Part shown: positions 61,967 through 64,000 of the stretch, piece by piece
Layout of the letters: each line of letters starts with the position of its first letter
Position numbering within the stretch: the stretch's first letter is position 1
NCBI GenBank assembly: GCA_963743525.1
Contig: CAVUQH010000008.1
Coordinates: 32,001-96,000, forward strand
Source: an uncultured delta proteobacterium
GTDB taxonomy: Bacteria; Myxococcota_A; Polyangia; Haliangiales; Haliangiaceae
DNA length: 64,000 nucleotides
Direction: 5' to 3'
Translations under genes and position numbers: made by a program
The notes under the pieces: generated by a model
The model's database searches: none
The model's input: the letters and a program-made list of their open reading frames with translations, nothing else
What the model was told of the DNA's origin: nothing

Positions 61967-62356
61967 CTACTGCCAGCCGATGCACTCGCCGCTGGGATCC
62001 CAGTTGACGCACTCGTTGGCCGGCGCCATCTGGCTGTCGCCGGCCCAGCCGATGCACTCGCCGCTGGGATCCCAGTTGACACACTCGTCGGCAGGCGCGG
62101 GCGGGGTTCCCTCGGCGGTCGGCTGATAGCCGGACTCGTTGACCGGTGCCGCGCTGTCGCCGGCCCAGCCGATGCACTCGCCGCTGGGATCCCAGCTGGT
62201 GCACTCGTCGGCAGGCGCCGCCGCCGGCTCTTGCGATTGCGCCGCCTGGGCGGCGGGCGTCTGCGGCTGTGGCTGGGTTTGAATCACGCAGCCGACGGTC
62301 TGGCTGAGGCTCATCGACAGCGCGATGGCCGCGAACTTCTCGCGATTGATCTTCAT
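61967..62356 (-). CDS. Small exported (lipo)protein with three ECxxWDPSGECIGW repeats and eight PxxE motifs
   Basis: MKINREKFAAIALSMSL...VGC leader, G-rich RBS; repeats near-identical at DNA level. Confidence 0.8.
   Translation of the reverse strand: MKINREKFAAIALSMSLSQTVGCVIQTQPQPQTPAAQAAQSQEPAAAPADECTSWDPSGECIGWAGDSAAPVNESGYQPTAEGTPPAPADECVNWDPSGECIGWAGDSQMAPANECVNWDPSGECIGWQ
61973..62200 (-). repeat. Three ~31-bp direct repeats (ccagccgatgcactcgccgctgggatcccag) inside the CDS
   Basis: Copies start at 61973, 62045 and 62165; spacings 72 and 120 bp, both in frame. Confidence 0.85.
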
Positions 62357-62535
62357 CGTGGGTCCCCCCGGTGAAGAGAGCAGCAGAGCATCGGCCGGGG
62401 CGGCGGTCAATGCCCCCCGTGGCGGCAAAAGGCGGCGGATCGGCGTGCCCGGCCCCTCGGGGCCCAACAAGGTGATGACCTGCGTGTGATTGAACCATTT
62501 ACGCCACATGACGCGGTCCTTTCTACGCTTGTCCC

Positions 62536-63416
62536 ATGGCCCCACGCTCCGAACCCGCCTGGAAGGACTACTTCAACCGCGGGTCGATCCCGTTCTGGAG
62601 CATTCACGTGGCCGCCGTCGTCGGCGCGCTCTGGGTCGGCTTCTCGTGGGCCGGGCTGATCTGGGCGCTGGCGCTGTACGTGACGCGGATGTTCTTCGTC
62701 ACCGCCGGCTACCATCGCTACTTCGCCCACCGCAGCTTCAAGACCTCGCGGCCGGTACAGTTCGCGCTGGCGTTCTTCGCCCAGACGTCGCTGCAGCGGG
62801 GCGTGCTCTGGTGGGCGGCCAATCACCGGCACCACCACCGCTACTCCGACCAACCGGGCGACATCCACTCCGCGCGCCGCGACGGCTTCTGGTGGTCGCA
62901 CGTCGGCTGGATGCTGTCGCCGCGCACGACGCGGTCGACTACGATCAGGTGCGCGATCTGGCCCGCTACCCGGAGCTGCGGGTGCTGAGCCGGCTCAAGC
63001 ACCTGCCCGGCCTCATCCTCGCGGCCGCGCTGCTGTGGATCGGCGGGCCGACGGCGCTGGTGTGGGGCTTCCTCGTCTCCACGGTGCTGCTGTGGCACGG
63101 CACCTTCACCATCAACTCGCTCAGCCACCTGCTCGGCCGCCGTCGCTATGACACCAGCGACGACTCGCGCAACAACCCGGTGCTCGCGCTGATCACGCTG
63201 GGCGAGGGCTGGCACAACAACCACCACCACTACCAGCGCTCGGCCGCGCAGGGCTTCTTCTGGTGGGAGGTCGACCTGACCTTCTACGGCCTGCAGGCGC
63301 TGGAGAAGTTGGGGCTGGTGCGCGGCCTGGTGCGCCCGCCCGCCCATGTGCTGCGCGGCGAGACCCGCGCCGGCGTGCGCGCGCCGATCGGCAGGCTGGT
63401 CGAGCCCAGGCTATAG
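62536..63416 (+). CDS. Acyl-CoA (delta-9-type) fatty acid desaturase (frameshift near 62922)
   Basis: His boxes HRYFAH, HRHHH and GEGWHNNHH; split across two frames. Confidence 0.88.
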
Positions 63417-64000
63417 CTGCGGCTCGACGGCGACGATCTTGCGCTTGCCGGCGGCAGTCAGCGGGATGTCGTTGACGATCTCGATGGCGACGTTGGTATC
63501 GGGGATGAATCGCCCGAACTCGTGGCGAAGCTGTGACAGCGAGCCTTCGCTGATCGTCGTCTTCGGCAGCAGCTTGACCGTGATCGACGAGTCGGCGTGC
63601 TGGACCGCCTGGAACTGCGCGACGTCGTCGAGCAGCGCGACGATCAAGTTGAAGATCATGCCGTCGATAGGGTTGCCGTGGCTGTCGCGCAACGTCTCGG
63701 TCACCCGGCCCTCGACCGAGGCCAGTCGCGGATGCGCGCGCCCGCACGCGCACGCCGCCGGTGCCTGGGCCACGGCGACGTCGCCGGTGGCGTAGCGGAC
63801 GAATGGCATGCCGTAGTTGTGCAGGTCGGTGATGACCACCTCGCCGCGCTCGCCCGGCTCGGCGGGGCGCTCGCGATCGCCGTCGCGAACCACCAGCTCG
63901 ACCAGTAGATTCTCCATCGACAGATGCAGCCCGTCGTGAGCCTTGCACTCGGTGCCGATCAGCATCACCTCGCGGCAGCCGTAGGTCTCGAACACGTCCG
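63411..64000 (-). CDS. Phenylacetate-CoA ligase / CapK-family adenylate-forming enzyme (3' part, runs off the window)
   Basis: YGCRE, GEVVITDL.NYGMPFVRYATGD, C.CGR, EGR, AGK motifs. Confidence 0.85.
   Translation of the reverse strand, partial: DVFETYGCREVMLIGTECKAHDGLHLSMENLLVELVVRDGDRERPAEPGERGEVVITDLHNYGMPFVRYATGDVAVAQAPAACACGRAHPRLASVEGRVTETLRDSHGNPIDGMIFNLIVALLDDVAQFQAVQHADSSITVKLLPKTTISEGSLSQLRHEFGRFIPDTNVAIEIVNDIPLTAAGKRKIVAVEPQL

Noticed and set aside
61973..62200. Three ~31-bp direct repeats resembling a mini CRISPR array
   Set aside because: Spacings of 72 and 120 bp are unequal and in frame, the repeats encode WDPSGECIGW, and there are no cas genes.

Overview
Very GC-rich, gene-dense bacterial DNA with myxobacterial (Myxococcota) hallmarks: five Hanks-type Ser/Thr kinases, a MYXO-CTERM-like sorting tail, many Cys/Gly-rich lipoproteins and sigma54 promoters. 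About 55 CDSs; I see no rRNA, tRNA, CRISPR array or mobile element. Several otherwise intact genes have single-base frameshifts (probably assembly errors) and a few genes are truncated remnants. Main points: (1) an ArsC-family gene missed by the ORF track, with an in-frame TGA at the catalytic Cys followed by a hairpin (probable selenoprotein); (2) a MurE-like ligase lacking its N-terminal UDP-binding domain directly behind a small exported protein of PxxE / CxxWDPSGECIGW repeats (candidate new peptide-modification system); (3) an HhH protein / pentapeptide-bactofilin-like fusion / bactofilin / membrane kinase cluster; (4) tandem coupled PPi-type PFK paralogs; (5) a BVMO-SDR fusion with a perfect double TetR operator; (6) a MoaD/ThiS + BNR-propeller pair; (7) a widespread signature of leaderless transcription. 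All calls come from motif recognition by eye; no database searches were run.
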